The translations under genes and the position numbers were made by a program. A model generated the notes under the pieces. It did no database searches. It was not told where the DNA came from and saw only the letters and a program-made list of their open reading frames with translations. This document shows positions 22,421 to 35,520 of a DNA stretch of 64,000 nucleotides, piece after piece (the first letter of the stretch is position 1; every line of letters starts with the position of its first letter). Origin of the DNA: Paraspadella gotoi. Taxonomy: Eukaryota > Animalia > Chaetognatha. The stretch covers positions 20,068,531 through 20,132,530 of the forward strand of contig CM119268.1 of NCBI GenBank assembly GCA_051294375.1, in the 5' to 3' direction.

Positions 22421-24132
22421 TATATTTATACTTCTGATGAATTTAAAATATATCGTTATTTAAAACTTTTTCATTATGTTTCTAATTGCAAGCAAAGGCT
22501 AAATAAATATGTACAAACAGAAACAAAAAAATAATTGTCCGAAAAACTACAATAAATTTATATCTTAATCTTTCTCTGTTTTAACGCTGTTTAACAATAT
22601 TATTAAATCTGCCAACATCACCATTCCATCTTCTATTTCAAATGGTCATCGTTATATTTTAATTTAAACAAGTTTGAGCAAACAATGTCGGATCTGCCCA
22701 CGATCATTATCGGTAATTAATTAATTAATTCAAGTTAATTAATAATTTCATTATCGGTAATTAATTAATTAATTCAAGTTAATTAATTAATTTCATTAAT
22801 TAATTAATTAATTAGACAATAAGTTAATTAATTAATTTCATTAATTATTTAATTAATTAATTAATTAATTTGATCCGAAATGTTTGTTTTGATTGATTAA
22901 TTGACTGATTAATTAATTATTGATTAATTGACGAATTGATTAATTAACTGATTAATTAATTGACTAATTGATTAATTAACTGATTATTTAATTGATTAAT
23001 TTATACATCTTGCATTTTCATTTAATATAAAAAGACAAAAAAAAGCAATTAATGAAACCGGTTTTTTTTTCATTTAAACTCATTTCCACTCAAATGATTA
23101 AATCGAAACTTAATTTCCAGCTTTATCACCCACTTTCCTACCCACATACAAAATTTCTGGTCAATCGCCCCATCCACTCATGAGTAATTAGTGTTCAAAT
23201 AGTAAAATAGATTTTTTTTGTTTTTTCCATTTAAACTCATTTCCACTCGGACGATTCCATCGAAACTTCATATCCAGCTCAATCACACTTTCCCCTACCC
23301 ACACACAAATTTTCATTCCAATCCATCCATCTAATCTCGAGTAATTTGAGTTTTTTGCTAAGGTGGGACGGACGGACGGACAGACAGACAGGGGGATGGA
23401 CGGACAAACATTTTTAGTCGGATCTGCTTATCAGCAGATCCCGATTCTATAACTCACTTTGTCGTCCGTCGTCCGCCCCTCAATATTGTCGGCACACACT
23501 TATATCATGTCAGAACATCGAATTATGATTAATTATGCAAAAAAGACGATGTCCGTCGTCTGTGTCTGTCTGTCTGTCCTGTCCGTCGTCCGTCCCACCT
23601 TAGCAAAAAACTCCAATTACTCGTGATTGGATGGATGGATTGGTATGAAATTTTGTGTGTGGGTAGGAAACTGTGTGATTGAGATGGATATGAAGTTTCG
23701 AGGGAATCGTGCGAGTGGAAATTGGTTTAAATGGAAAAAACAAAAAATATTATTTCACTATTTGAACGCCAATTGCTCATGAGTGGATAGGGCAATTGAC
23801 TTGAATTTTGTATGATGGTAGGAAAGTGTGTGATTGAGCTCGATATAAAGTTTCGATGGAATCGTGCGAGTGGAAATGAGTTAAAATGGAAAAACCAAAA
23901 GTCATATTTACTTGAAGTATTTTTACTTAAATTTACTCATAATTATTATGTTTATTAAAAAATTGGATAGATAAATCGAAATTGAATTTTGTGTGTGGGT
24001 AGGAAAGTATGTGATAAAGCTGGATATAAATTTTTTGATGGAATCGTAGGAGTGGAAAAGAGTTCAAATTAGAAAACCAAAAGACACATTTATTTGAATT
24101 TTTAAAGTTTCTCTCTCTCTATCTCTCTCTGA

Positions 24133-24167
<35 letters not shown>

Positions 24168-24171
<4 letters not shown>

Positions 24172-24488
24172 TGACCAAATTATGCCAATTGACAAAATTA
24201 TGCCAGTTGACCAAATTCTTAAAGTTGACTAAATTATGCCAGTTGACCAAATTCTGCAAGTTGATCAAGTTCTGCAAGTTGACCAAATTATGCCTGTTGA
24301 CCAAATTATGCCAGTTGACCAAATTAGGCCAGTTGATAAAATTATGCCAGTTGACCAAATTATGCCGGTTGACCAAAATTATCTTAATTGATCAAATTAT
24401 GTCAGTTGACCAATTATGTCAGTTAACCAAATTATGTCAGTTGACCAAATTATGCAAGTTGATTAAATTATGCAGGTTGACCAAGTTA
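24168..24488. repeat. 18-bp minisatellite (ttgaccaaattatgccag)n
   Basis: Tandem units; these produce the spurious NWHNLV and LTKLCQ repeat ORFs. Confidence 0.9.
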
Positions 24489-25442
24489 GCTCATTACCAC
24501 TTAATTATCGATTGACCTGGAATTTTGTATGTGAGTAGAAAAGTGTGTGATTGAACCGGAAACAAGTTTCGATGGAATCTTTTGAGTGGAAATGAGTTTA
24601 AATGGAAAAAACAAAAAACCTGTTTCACTAATTGATTATGATTCTTTTTCCTTTTATATTAAATGTATATGCAGGATGTATTAATAAATCAAATAATTAA
24701 TCAGTTAATTAATCAATTAGTCAATTAATTAATCAATAATTAATTAATCAGTCATCAATCCGTCCATCCGTCCCACCTGAGCAAAAAGCTCCAATAACTC
24801 GTGATTGGCTGGTTGGATTGGAATGAAATTTTGTGTGTGGGTAGGAAAGCTGGATATATAGTTTCGACGGAATCGTGTGAGTGGAAATGAGTTTAGTGAA
24901 AAAACATAAGTCGCATTTACTAAAATATTTTTACTTATTTCAACTAATAAGTACTCTAATTAATCATAATTGGATGGATAGATTGAGTTCAAATTTTTTG
25001 TGTGGGTAGAAAAATGTGTAACGACGCTTGATATAAAGTTTCGGTGGAAACGTACGAGTGGAAATGAGTTTAAATGAAAAAATATGAGTCACATTTACAT
25101 GAATATTTTTACTTATTTTAACCCATAATAGATTGAGATGAAATTTTGTGAGCGGGTAGAAAAGTGTGTGAAGAAGCTAGATATAAAGTTTTGACGGAAT
25201 TGTGCCAGTGGAAATGAGTTTAAATGTAAAAAACATAAGTCACATTTACTTTAATCTTTATATTTATGATTACTAATTTATGATTACTAATAAATGTTTT
25301 AATTAATTAATTAATTAACTAATTAATTAATAATGTGAAAAAATGATGCAATTTAAAAAAATTATGCAAGTTGAAAAAATGATGCAAGCAGAAAAATGAT
25401 GCAAGTTAAAAAAATCCTAAAAGCATAAGGATCGTCGCAATT

Positions 25443-25493
<51 letters not shown>

Positions 25494-26788
25494 AGTTAAA
25501 ATGAGCATAAGGATCGTCGCAATTGCAAAGAGAGAAAGAGAGAGAGAGAGAGAGGCAGAAAATGAGCATAAGATCGTTGCAATTGCAAAGAGAGAGAGAG
25601 AGAGAGAGAAAGAGACAGACAGAGTCCGAGATAAAAATTAGCGAATAAAAAAGTTGTTATTTTACTCACTGAATAAAAATACTTAAAATACTTAAAAAAT
25701 ACATAAAACTGATAAAATTATTTTTCTGATAACATTGTTTAATCACATGCAATATATCTAGTAAGGTGGGCCAAAATTGAACACTTTTTATAACTTCTAG
25801 TTCTCTCAAAAAAATTTCTTTTTTCCTTCTACTACTAAATCGATTTTCAAGGTAACTTTTTGAATTAGTTCATTGGGTTGTTGCACTGAAGCTTTTAAAT
25901 ATTTATTAATATATAACAAATGACAAAAAAAATTTTTTAATTTGATTTTTTTAAGAACGGGTTCTTGTAGAGCTTAAAAAGTTAAATGAAAGTTAGTACT
26001 TTAATTTTTCAAATTTTTGACAATAAATTGGTTAAAAATAGAAAAAACCACACCACCACAACCGCACAATGACTCCCCTATCCCTACTCAACGGGTAAGG
26101 CGGAGACCCTCGGTTAAACGATGGGCACCTGACACCTCCGAATCTCCGGCAGCAACTCAGCCTCTTTCTCTGAGGTCTGGGCGTCGCCCCAAACGACGGC
26201 TACAGGAAGATGAAGAGGATTCCACCATCCCAGTCACTAAAGTGGAAGAGTGGATACCGCCCACCTCACCGTCAGGTGAGAAGAGGGCCGCCGCAGGCGC
26301 ATCAGGCCAGAGGGATATAAGGTGGCCTTGGGTTTGTTTCCTCAGGAGCAATACCTGAGCCAGCCAACACGAGATCAATCCCATTATCCTCTCAACCCAT
26401 GACGCGCCAATGACCCGGCCCCGTCAGCAATACCTCTCCTTCATAAGACCGGGGGGCCCAGCTCATTTTGAGCTCTTTCTTAATTCTTATATTTCACTAC
26501 AATCTTTACTTATCTATCCCTCTAAAATCTCAATTTTTCAATTTTTCAATTTCAATTTCAACTTTTCAATTTCAAAAATTAATTTATTTCAATTTGTTAT
26601 TAAACAGTTTCCATTATCTTTATCTATGTTGTACATTGCTCAAATGTAATTATTTATTTATTTTGTCTCTCTCTCTGTCTCTCTCACCAATTTTCACTTC
26701 TTTTCAACTTATTCAAACTAGCCACTTCCAAAAATCTGTCCTCACCACTGATCACTGTTCTTACTCAATTCTTTGTTGGAAACCTTTA

Positions 26789-26827
<39 letters not shown>

Positions 26828-26864
26828 ACTTTAACTAAAAACTTGTATCAAATTCATAACTCAT

Positions 26865-26910
26865 GTGCGCTGATGAAGGCTCGTATTGTGAGCCGAAACA
26901 TGTCTGCTCT
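26865..26910 (+). ncRNA. Minimal type I hammerhead ribozyme motif (Penelope-type)
   Basis: gcg CUGAUGA a GGCUC guauugu GAGCC GAAA CAUGUC ugc. Confidence 0.85.
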
Positions 26911-28360
26911 TTCAAAATAAAATTCGTTGCAAAATAAAATCAAACTTTGTTAAAAATAGAAAAAACCTTAAAAAATCATCATCATCATCATTATTGGCTG
27001 AATTTTATTTTTTAAATTTTCATTAATAAAACAAAAAAATTTAAAAAGTTGTATAATAACCTTTATCTAACTTTTAAAGCTCTATCAGAATCTATAAAAA
27101 AAATTGATAAGCAAAATTTTAAAAATTATTTTCATTTTCATATTATGAAATTGGTATAACCAATATAATTATTATATTTATTATATATATTATATTTATA
27201 TAATTATTATATAATTATTATTTAATAGTCGCTTAACCATTATTTATTTGAGACTACTTCTAGTTTTCAACCTGTTCCGGCCTAATATCTAGTAAGGCGG
27301 GCCAAAATTGAACACTTTTTATAACTTCTAGTTCTCTTTTACTACTAAATAGATTTTCATTGTAACTTTTGAATTAGTTCATTGTTGCACTGAAGCTTTT
27401 AAATATTTAATAATATATAATAATTATATAAAGTTTTGACGGAAGTGTGCCAGTGGAAATTAGTTTAGTTGGAAAAAACATAAGTCACATTTACTTGAAT
27501 CTTTAATATTAATGATTACTAATAAATGTTTTAATTAATTAATTAATTAATTAATTAATGTGAAAAAATTATGAAAGTTAAAAAAATCTTAAAAGCATAA
27601 AGATCGTCGCAATTGCATAAAAAGAGAGAGAGAGAGAGAAGGAGACATAAATAAAATAGAGGATATTTGTTTGTTTTGATAAAATGTAAACAAAACATAT
27701 TTAATAACTGTCCTAACCCAATTTTAAGGACATCGATGATGATAAGTTGAATATAAATTTAAAATTAATTATTACATTTTAAAATTAATTAATTAATTAA
27801 TCGATTAATTAATTAATTAATTATCGTAGGCAGATCCGACATTGTTTGCTCAAACTTGTTTTCTTTCATAATTTATCATAATTCGATGTTCTGACATAAT
27901 ATAAGTGAGTGCCCGTCAATATTGAGGGGCGGACCGACAAAGTGAATTATAGAGTCGGGATCCGACTAAAAACCTTATGATTGAAATGAATGGTTGAGTA
28001 AATCAGTAAAACAATTTTGTCTGTTACCTTTGCTAACCACACTTTTTAGATACAGCTCATTTTTCAAAATATAGAATCATTCTTAGAAGGAAACCAGTTT
28101 GAGCCAACAATGTCGGATCTGCCTACGATAATTAAGCGGTAATCAGCTAATCAGATGATAAATGACGATAATTCTTTCAATTTGTGATCATAACAGATCG
28201 TACCATACCAAACCAATGGCTGTGCATATACATGTAAATCGCTTGCACGGGATTAAACTGAACTGTTACTATGGTACAAACAAATAATTTTTTTAACTAT
28301 TATTATTTTTTCAACTTTTATTTTTTTTCAACTTGCAACATTTTTTAAACTTGCACCATT

Positions 28361-28790
28361 CAAGATAGATAGAGGGGCGTTTACCCCCACAGCTCTTCCC
28401 CATCTACGTCATCCCCTCCTCCTCCTCCCCTCGTCGTCCCCTCCTCCTCATCCCTCCAGCAACCCTCGGGCCGGGACCAAGGGATTCACTCTCAACTTAG
28501 CTCTCCTGCAGTTGGGCAGAGTCGCGCTCAACCCACAAGTCGGGGTACATTTTGTACATAACCGTCTTTACTATACTTTAGACTTATTAGACTCCATATC
28601 CTTGCTTACCTCTTTTACCTGATGAGAGACTAGTTAGAACCTTTATCTAGATACACATCTTCCCAGTGACGCCCAATCAGGCCTCTCCCCTAGGTTTAAC
28701 CTACCCCAGGATTAAGATCCTTTGCTTCCGACTTTAACCGGCACCTAACCCACCCTACTCACCAGGAGGCGTCCAAACTTCATCTCTTTT
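28361..28790 (+). repeat. Unclassified pyrimidine-rich interspersed element inserted in a ttgcaccattttt tandem array
   Basis: Shares caagataga, cctcctcctcccctcgtcgtcccctcctc and ctgatgagagactagtt.gaacct..ctagatac.catcttcc with the inverted copy at 53855-54178. Confidence 0.7.
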
Positions 28791-31700
28791 CTTTTTTTAA
28801 CCTCATCTCTTTTATCCTTGCACCATGTTTTTAACTCGCACCATTTTTCCACTTGCACCATTTTTTCGACTTGCACCATTTTTTTAACTAGCACCATTTT
28901 TTCAACTTGCTCCATTTTTTTAACTTGCATCATTTTTTCAATTTAATTAATTAATCTATTAATTAACTAATTAAAAAATTTATGAGTAAGCATAAATAAT
29001 AAAATTTCAAGTCAACTTGACTTTGGTTTTTTTCATGCAAACTCATTTCTACTCCTCGATTCCATCTAAACTTTATATTCTGCTCAATCACACACTTTCC
29101 TACCCAGTACCCACACACAAAATTTCATCTCAATCTATCCATCCAATTATTATTAATTAGTGTAATTATGGGTTAAAATTAGTAAAAAGATATAAGTAAA
29201 AGTGACTTATGTTTTTTCATATAAACTCATTTCCACCCACACAATTCCATCAAAACTTTATATCCAGCTCAACCACACACTTTCCTACCCCCACACAAAA
29301 TTTCATTCCAATAATATATCATAATTTGATGTCTTGACAAGATTGAGGGGGCGGACCGACAAAGTGAATTATAGAGTCGGAATCTGCCGATAATCTGCTG
29401 ATAATCATAATAAATTGTGAAAGTAACAATAAACTATATTAAAGAGAAGAGAGTTAGTAAAAAATAAGAGAAGAAAAAGCTGGCCTCCCGCTTCTGGACA
29501 AAGGAAAGGCAGTGACGATGTGATCGGGTCATTGGCATGACATAGGTCATTTGGATCTTGAGTTCCCAGACTTAGGGACCTCGTCATATTAGGGTCGGGC
29601 AAAGATCCTCTTTGAAAAATGCCTTGGGCTACTACCGGCTGGCCTCTTTTTGCCTTAAGACAAGGCGGACTAAGGTTTGTCCTTGGTTCCTTGGCATTGG
29701 GAGTGATACCTTCCCCTTCCTCTCACTGTAACCGCCTTTTATGTCAGACGGTCGGTCAGTTGGTCGTTATGTCTGTCCATTGGTCTGTACCACTTGTGTT
29801 AAAAAGGCTTATAACTTTATAAATTTGTCAGTTTATACTCGGAGGGATGTAACTGGTAAGGTAAGGTAAAGGTAAAGACCTTTAACGTGCATAAGTATCC
29901 TACTTTTCATGATCACCTTAAAAGGTGATCACATGACACAAAATTCAATGCAGCATAACACATGAAATACTGAGCCTTAAACTAGATAGTAAAATCCTGA
30001 TAAATAATCAAAATATTTTAAAATGTAAAAGGTAAAATTTTAGATAAATGTTATTTTATATAATTTAAATAAACTATTAATTATGTGGGCAGTAAATGTT
30101 TTTCTTTTACTCTTTTATCGTCTCTTATACCCATTGTCTATATTTAAGTACAAATCGTGTTCCCATACATTAAATATTAAAAAATACATAATTATTATTA
30201 ATAAATCAATTATCTAACGATTTCATACATGAATTAATAAAATTATTATTTATTTAAATATAAGAAAATAAATAAGTTATAAATAAGTAAATTAATAAAA
30301 TTAGTACTGATTTAAATACAAGCAACATTAAACATTAAACTTTAAAGGGTCGGAGCTGGGAGCGGGAGCTGGAGCTGGAGCTGTCTCAAAATTTTTATTG
30401 GAGCTGGAGCTGGAGTTGGAGCTGGAAAAAAATTTAGGATGGACCCGGAGTTGGAGCTGGAGCTGAAAAAAATTTTTGGCTGGAGCTGGAGTTGGAGCTG
30501 GAGCTGGAGAAAAAATGGCCAGCTCCACAACCCTGCTTTTTATATCACGTTTCAGATTTTAAGAGCAAGATCTTGCAAAGAATTACATATATGAAATTGG
30601 TACAAACAATAGAAAAAAAATTATTCAATGAATATTTAATCTTTGGACGCAACAAGTTTCAGATTAAGAATGAATTTATTCTTTAACAAGGTTATTAACA
30701 ATAACAATGAAAATGCTCAGATGCTAAGTCTATTAAAATGGTATTTACATGGTACGTTTTACCATAAGAAGATCGAGGGAAAACGAACGAGGGTAAGTTT
30801 GGTAAGGTCAAATGGTTTGACCGAGGTTGCGTATTGCAGTTGTTCGTCCACAATCTCATATTTATTCTGTTCTTTGTACGCACTTATTATCACTCCCAGC
30901 TCATTTTAATCATTTAAATATCACTACTTTTTTTCTCTCCATTTCCCCTTCATTCTTTCATTTATTTATCACATTAGTCGCGTCACGTGACCTCGCCCAA
31001 CCTCACCTATCTTAGTCCTCGACGCGAATGACGATGTCTGCCTCCGCGTGTACTTCCAGTCCGGCCCCGCCAGAGCGCGCTTGAGGTGATACGCATTCGG
31101 CGCCGGCATTTCGTCCTTCGACGCCGTCCCGCGCAGGGAGGTAACGCCGAATGGTCCGTGGGAGGCGCCGATGAGAATGGCACGCTAAAGTGGAAAGAGG
31201 TTGTGGTGGATGATCAAAATAGTAAGGGGTTAAGTGGTTGAGGAAAGAGGGAGAGAAGGGGGAAGGAAGAAAGTTGAGTGCTACTTTCTACAGCTCCTTT
31301 TATCTTTACTCGATAAACTGAAGGGAGTGGATATCTCTCAAACTCGGAGTTGGAATCAGCTCAGCTGTGAGTAATGGATGCAGGAAGGTTAGTTTGTGTC
31401 CCCATTGGACGGATTTTTAAAAATTCCCAAAAAATGCGCTCAGCACCCTAAAATAGAGGCCGGCGCATTTTTAGATTCGAGTGAGGACGTACTTATTAGT
31501 CGTAATGAACATTTCCAAAAATAATTACAGTCACACAGAGGCCAAAATATCTCACATATTTTGGCGCACAGTTAAAAGCGATTAAATTATTCTGCCTATT
31601 TTTATGCTCTATTTTTTAATAAATCAATGCATTTAATATTATAATTTTAGAAAGTAAATTTATAAATAAACATTCTATTTAATATTTAGGTTATTTATAC

Positions 31701-31980
31701 ACATATAACTTTAATATTATAAGAGAGTGAGATTCTGAGGAATGTTATTTGAGACATATGAATGTTGTTTCGCCTTTAACAGAATGTACTGATATGAGTT
31801 GTAGGAAAAGTAGATATGTAGTGCGAGCCTTTCCCATTGCTCTTATGTAACAATGCCCTTTTATTTCTCATCAGTCAATATCTTGATGGCGTCATATTTC
31901 AATTTATACTTCCCCAAATAAAGCGTTATATAATGGATTTCTTGCTTTTGTAATTGCTGTTTCCTGCTAGAATTATTACA

Positions 31981-32158
31981 CCTTTTTAACCTTTCAATAT
32001 TACTGGTTATTTTTATCTAAAACATTAAGATAATGTTACTCACAAATACCTCGAGATATCGGGCTCACTAGTATGGATAGATCTAGGGGTATTAGTGAGT
32101 AAAGTTATTTTAATGTTTTAAATAAAAATAACCAGCAATATTGAGAGGTTAAAACGGT
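31981..32158. mobile_element. MITE-like fold-back, ~70-bp arms
   Basis: cctttttaacctttcaatattactggttatt...ctcacaaatacc vs ggtattagtgag...aataaccagcaatattgagaggttaaaacgg. Confidence 0.8.
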
Positions 32159-32159
32159 T

Positions 32160-33296
32160 AAAAAAAATCTTAAAAGCATAAGGGATCGAGCCTACTTTTG
32201 ATGATAACCAAATATTGATGCGATGATAACCAAATATTGATGCGATGATAACCGAAGGATTGATGCGATGATAACCAAATGATGGATGCGATGATAGTCA
32301 TTCATTGATGCGATGATAATCATTCATTGATGCGATGATAGTCCTTCATTGATCGGATGATAATCATTCATTGATGCGATGATAGTCATTCATTGATGCG
32401 ATGATAGTCATTCATTGATGCGATGCTAGTCATTCATTGACGTGATGAGTTAATTAAAGAGAGAGAAAGAGAGAGAGAGCGAGAGAGAGCGACATAGAGT
32501 TGATTGAGAGAGAAATATAGAGAGAATAATAAAATAATAATAAAAGTTTTTAGAAGGAAAAAATAAAAATCCACAAAAATCTCGGAAATAAATTTGGGAT
32601 TTTGTATTAAGAAAAAAGTGGCGTGATAAAAATAAAATTGTTTTATTAGAGTGTGATTAAGCATCAATTAACTTTCTATTTTTTTTTTCAATTGAAATAA
32701 GACTGAAGTCTTTTGTTCATCTAGTTCAAAATGAGGTTGAAAACCTTATTTTTTGCATATTATTGAAAATTAATGAGATTGATATTGATTGTATGAAATG
32801 AAAACTCGTCGCTATAAGGCTAAACTATTTTCAATAATAACGGTCAAAAAATTATAATCTCTATTAACAAAATATATAGTTGACAATAATCAGTTAACGA
32901 CTATGATATTTTTGACTTCCAAATATTTTTTTTTACTTATTCAAATAAATTTCATTTTCTCATCTTAAAAAATTTTTATCTTGAATGAAATTTTAGATTG
33001 TTATATTTTTTTATATTATATATTATTTATATTAATCCGCGCAATTGCCGGATATATAGCAGGTATCGCTTACCTGTCACACAAGTCGATGTACATGTGA
33101 CATTGCCTGCATTATAAGTTATTCTTCCCTTTTTCTAAAATGAATCCACGAAAATCTCGGATGTAAATTTGGGATTTTGTATTGAGAAAAAAAATAAATG
33201 GCGATAATAAAAGGTTTTAGAAAGAAAGAAATAATAAGAATTTTTCCAAAATCGGTGGTGAAAAAAAAGTGAATAATTTTTTTTTTTTGGTAAAAT

Positions 33297-33348
<52 letters not shown>

Positions 33349-34190
33349 CGGAGGGAGAGAGAGAGAGAGCCTGAACTCGTTTTTAAACGATTCAGAAAAG
33401 GCAGCGCCTGATCAAATATATATTTTTTTTAGAAAGAAAAAAATAATCCGAATTTTTCAAAAGACGAACGATCACGCAAGAGATCGTACAGAGAGAGTCA
33501 GACGCACACAAAGAGAGACAGAGAGAGATTGATCTCGTTTTTAAACGATTCAGAAAAGGCAGCGCCTGAAAAAAATATATATATAATTAAAAAATAAATA
33601 AATGAAAGGCAAAAAATGTTACAATGGTTTACAATTGGAAATTTTTCCAATTTTTTCCAATCGCAGCTTGTAAAAGATTTTATTTTTATTTGTATTAAAA
33701 TTAAGATATAGCTTCTCATTAAAAAGTTATTTGGAGTTCCCATTTTTATTATAGATTTAAAAAAAAATTTTGAATTTCATCTTCAATATTATATACTGCA
33801 ATATGTAAATTTGGATATTATAATGAGTACTATAATCTCATTTGCATATTGCAGTAAATCATAATGAAGTGGAAATTCAAACAAAAAATACTTAAATCCA
33901 AATGTAATAAGAAAATATCAAAGCTATTTCAAGATGAGAAGCCATATCTAAATTTTTAACTTACTATGATCGCACACTTTTATAAAACTTTATAATAATT
34001 CATAATAATTTTTATTTAAAAAAAAAACGGTAAGTCATAGCCAAACCTATAAAAGCGTAGTAGTTTTTATATAAAAACAGCGTGACGGACGACGACGACG
34101 CCGACGACGACGACGACGACTACGTCACAAAGAAGCAATCCTAAATCATTATAGAGCCTGAACCGGCTTCGCCGGTCATGGCTCGATAAT
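32160..34190 (-). mobile_element. Helentron-like element, family H3 (sub-TIR ATCGAGCC)
   Basis: cttaaaagcataagggatcgagcc at one end; (GAC)n and gagcctgaaccggcttcgccggtcatggctcgataa hairpin at the other; related pieces at 62230-62830 and 63330-63770. Confidence 0.6.
32200..32450. repeat. 22-bp minisatellite (gatgcgatgatagtcattcatt)n
   Basis: About 11 tandem units that grade from a ...ataaccaaatatt variant to a ...atagtcattcatt variant. Confidence 0.9.
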
Positions 34191-34887
34191 AATCATAGCA
34201 GGAAACAGCAACTACAAAAGCATGAAATCCATTATATAAGAGAGAGAGAGAGAGAGACAGAGAGAGAGAGAGAAAGAAAGAGTTTAAAGCTTCCAACACA
34301 GAATTTGAGGGAAACGTAAGTTAGATGGTGAGAACAGTTGAAGTTTGAATGAGATTGAGGGACAGTGGTGAAAAGAAACATTGAAACATTTTTTGAAATA
34401 TTATACCCTTTTATTGATAGGAAAACCAAGTACAGGAGTGAATAAACGAGACTATGAGAGAGTCTTGATTAAAAACTTACGGGGAACTCCTGTATCATTA
34501 TCATGTAACAGTGAATAAGGCCTTAAATCACTAAAACATATCCAAAGTCAAGGGCAAGATAACTTATTTATTAAATGAATAGATAAAATTTTATAAAATT
34601 CTACTCCTGAGGCGACTTACCTCCGGTCTCTCTCTCTAAACCCTTCCTCTCTCCTCTTTCTTCGAGCCGGTCTATTCCACACGGTCACTTTGCCCTAGCT
34701 TTGGCAATGACCTTACATTGACCGGACACAGTAAAAGGGCCGAGGAGACCGTAAGGTCAAGTTGGTCCGGGCTATGATAAAAGTGGAACAGGAGAGAGCA
34801 AGACTCACTTCTTTTCTACTTCTCTTACATCGTCACAATTCTTCACCTTCTCCTCACTTTTATTATTATTATTTTCGTCTTCTACAT

Positions 34888-34900
34888 TGGTGAACCCGAC
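34888..34900 (+). promoter_or_regulatory. Primer binding site, tRNA-Trp-like
   Basis: TGGTGAACCCGAC directly after the LTR; one mismatch to the complement of the tRNA-Trp 3' end (TGGTGACCCCGAC). Confidence 0.75.
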
Positions 34901-35520
34901 TTAAGATAAGTAGCCTTCTGATTTATACTAATACTGATTGATTGATTTATGATCTGATTGATCGAGTAATTGATCGATTATTTTATTTATCAATCATTAA
35001 TAGGCGGTTTAATTAGTGAAAAAGATTCACTCAATTTCACGGCCTATTTTCGCGATCAGTTTATTTTCGATATTTGGCGCATTTTTCTTCAAAGAATTTT
35101 CAACTTCAAAAATGAAACGATTTTCGCAATTTCTATTTTTCTCAGTCGCGCGCGTCCCACATTTCGTCCAACATTTCGTCTCGTCTACCATCGTCTACCT
35201 GGATTACCTCATCAAAGCTCAAGATTAATTTTTTATTAGGCGTTTTCAACGATTTCTCTTGCTCAATTTTGAATTTTTGAAATACGATACTAACCCTAAT
35301 CAATTTTTATCCAATTTTTGAAAAATTTTATATTTAGCTCTAAGTTTAAATAAACTTTTAAAATCTAACCTACGGTATTGTAAAAAACCGTCTCGCCAAC
35401 GCGTTTTTCATTTTACCGAGCCGTTTAAGCAAGTTTTATCAGAAATTTTGCTAGCTCTATTGCTATAGAACAATTACGCGAAAATTTTTCTTTCTGATTT
35501 TTCCCTTTGTTACGCCGGTC

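Larger units (their letters stand above)
23413..27860 (+). mobile_element. Nested H1 copy with ~130-bp internal tandem repeats and further insertions
   Basis: 5' tttagtcggatctgc..gcagatcccga, GTCY microsatellite, repeated gaaattttgtgtgtgggtagg..gagtggaaatgag units, 3' gcagatccgacattgtttgctcaaacttgtt. Confidence 0.7.
22668..27970 (-). mobile_element. DINE-1/Helentron-like element (family H1), split by a nested H1 copy
   Basis: 3' end aacaagtttgagcaaacaatgtcggatctgc at 22668; GACR microsatellite to ~23410; remaining 5' part at 27865-27970, collinear with the uninterrupted copy at 55550-56047. Confidence 0.75.
21684..30535. mobile_element. Non-autonomous hAT element expanded by nested insertions
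   Basis: TIRs CAGGGATGTGGAGCTGG / CCAGCTCCACAACCCTG; (GGAGCT)n subterminal arrays; perfect 8-bp TSD CTTTTTAT (21676-21683, 30536-30543). Confidence 0.9.

Noticed and set aside
24119-24515. Repeat-protein ORFs (NWHNLV / LTKLCQ) or a CRISPR-like array
   Set aside because: Pure 18-bp tandem repeat with no unique spacers; the ORFs are by-products
28615-28650. A fourth hammerhead ribozyme
   Set aside because: GAAC instead of GAAA, and no pairing for stems I or III; kept only as an unclassified conserved block
32200-32450. CRISPR-like array
   Set aside because: Head-to-tail 22-bp units without spacers, in a eukaryotic repeat context
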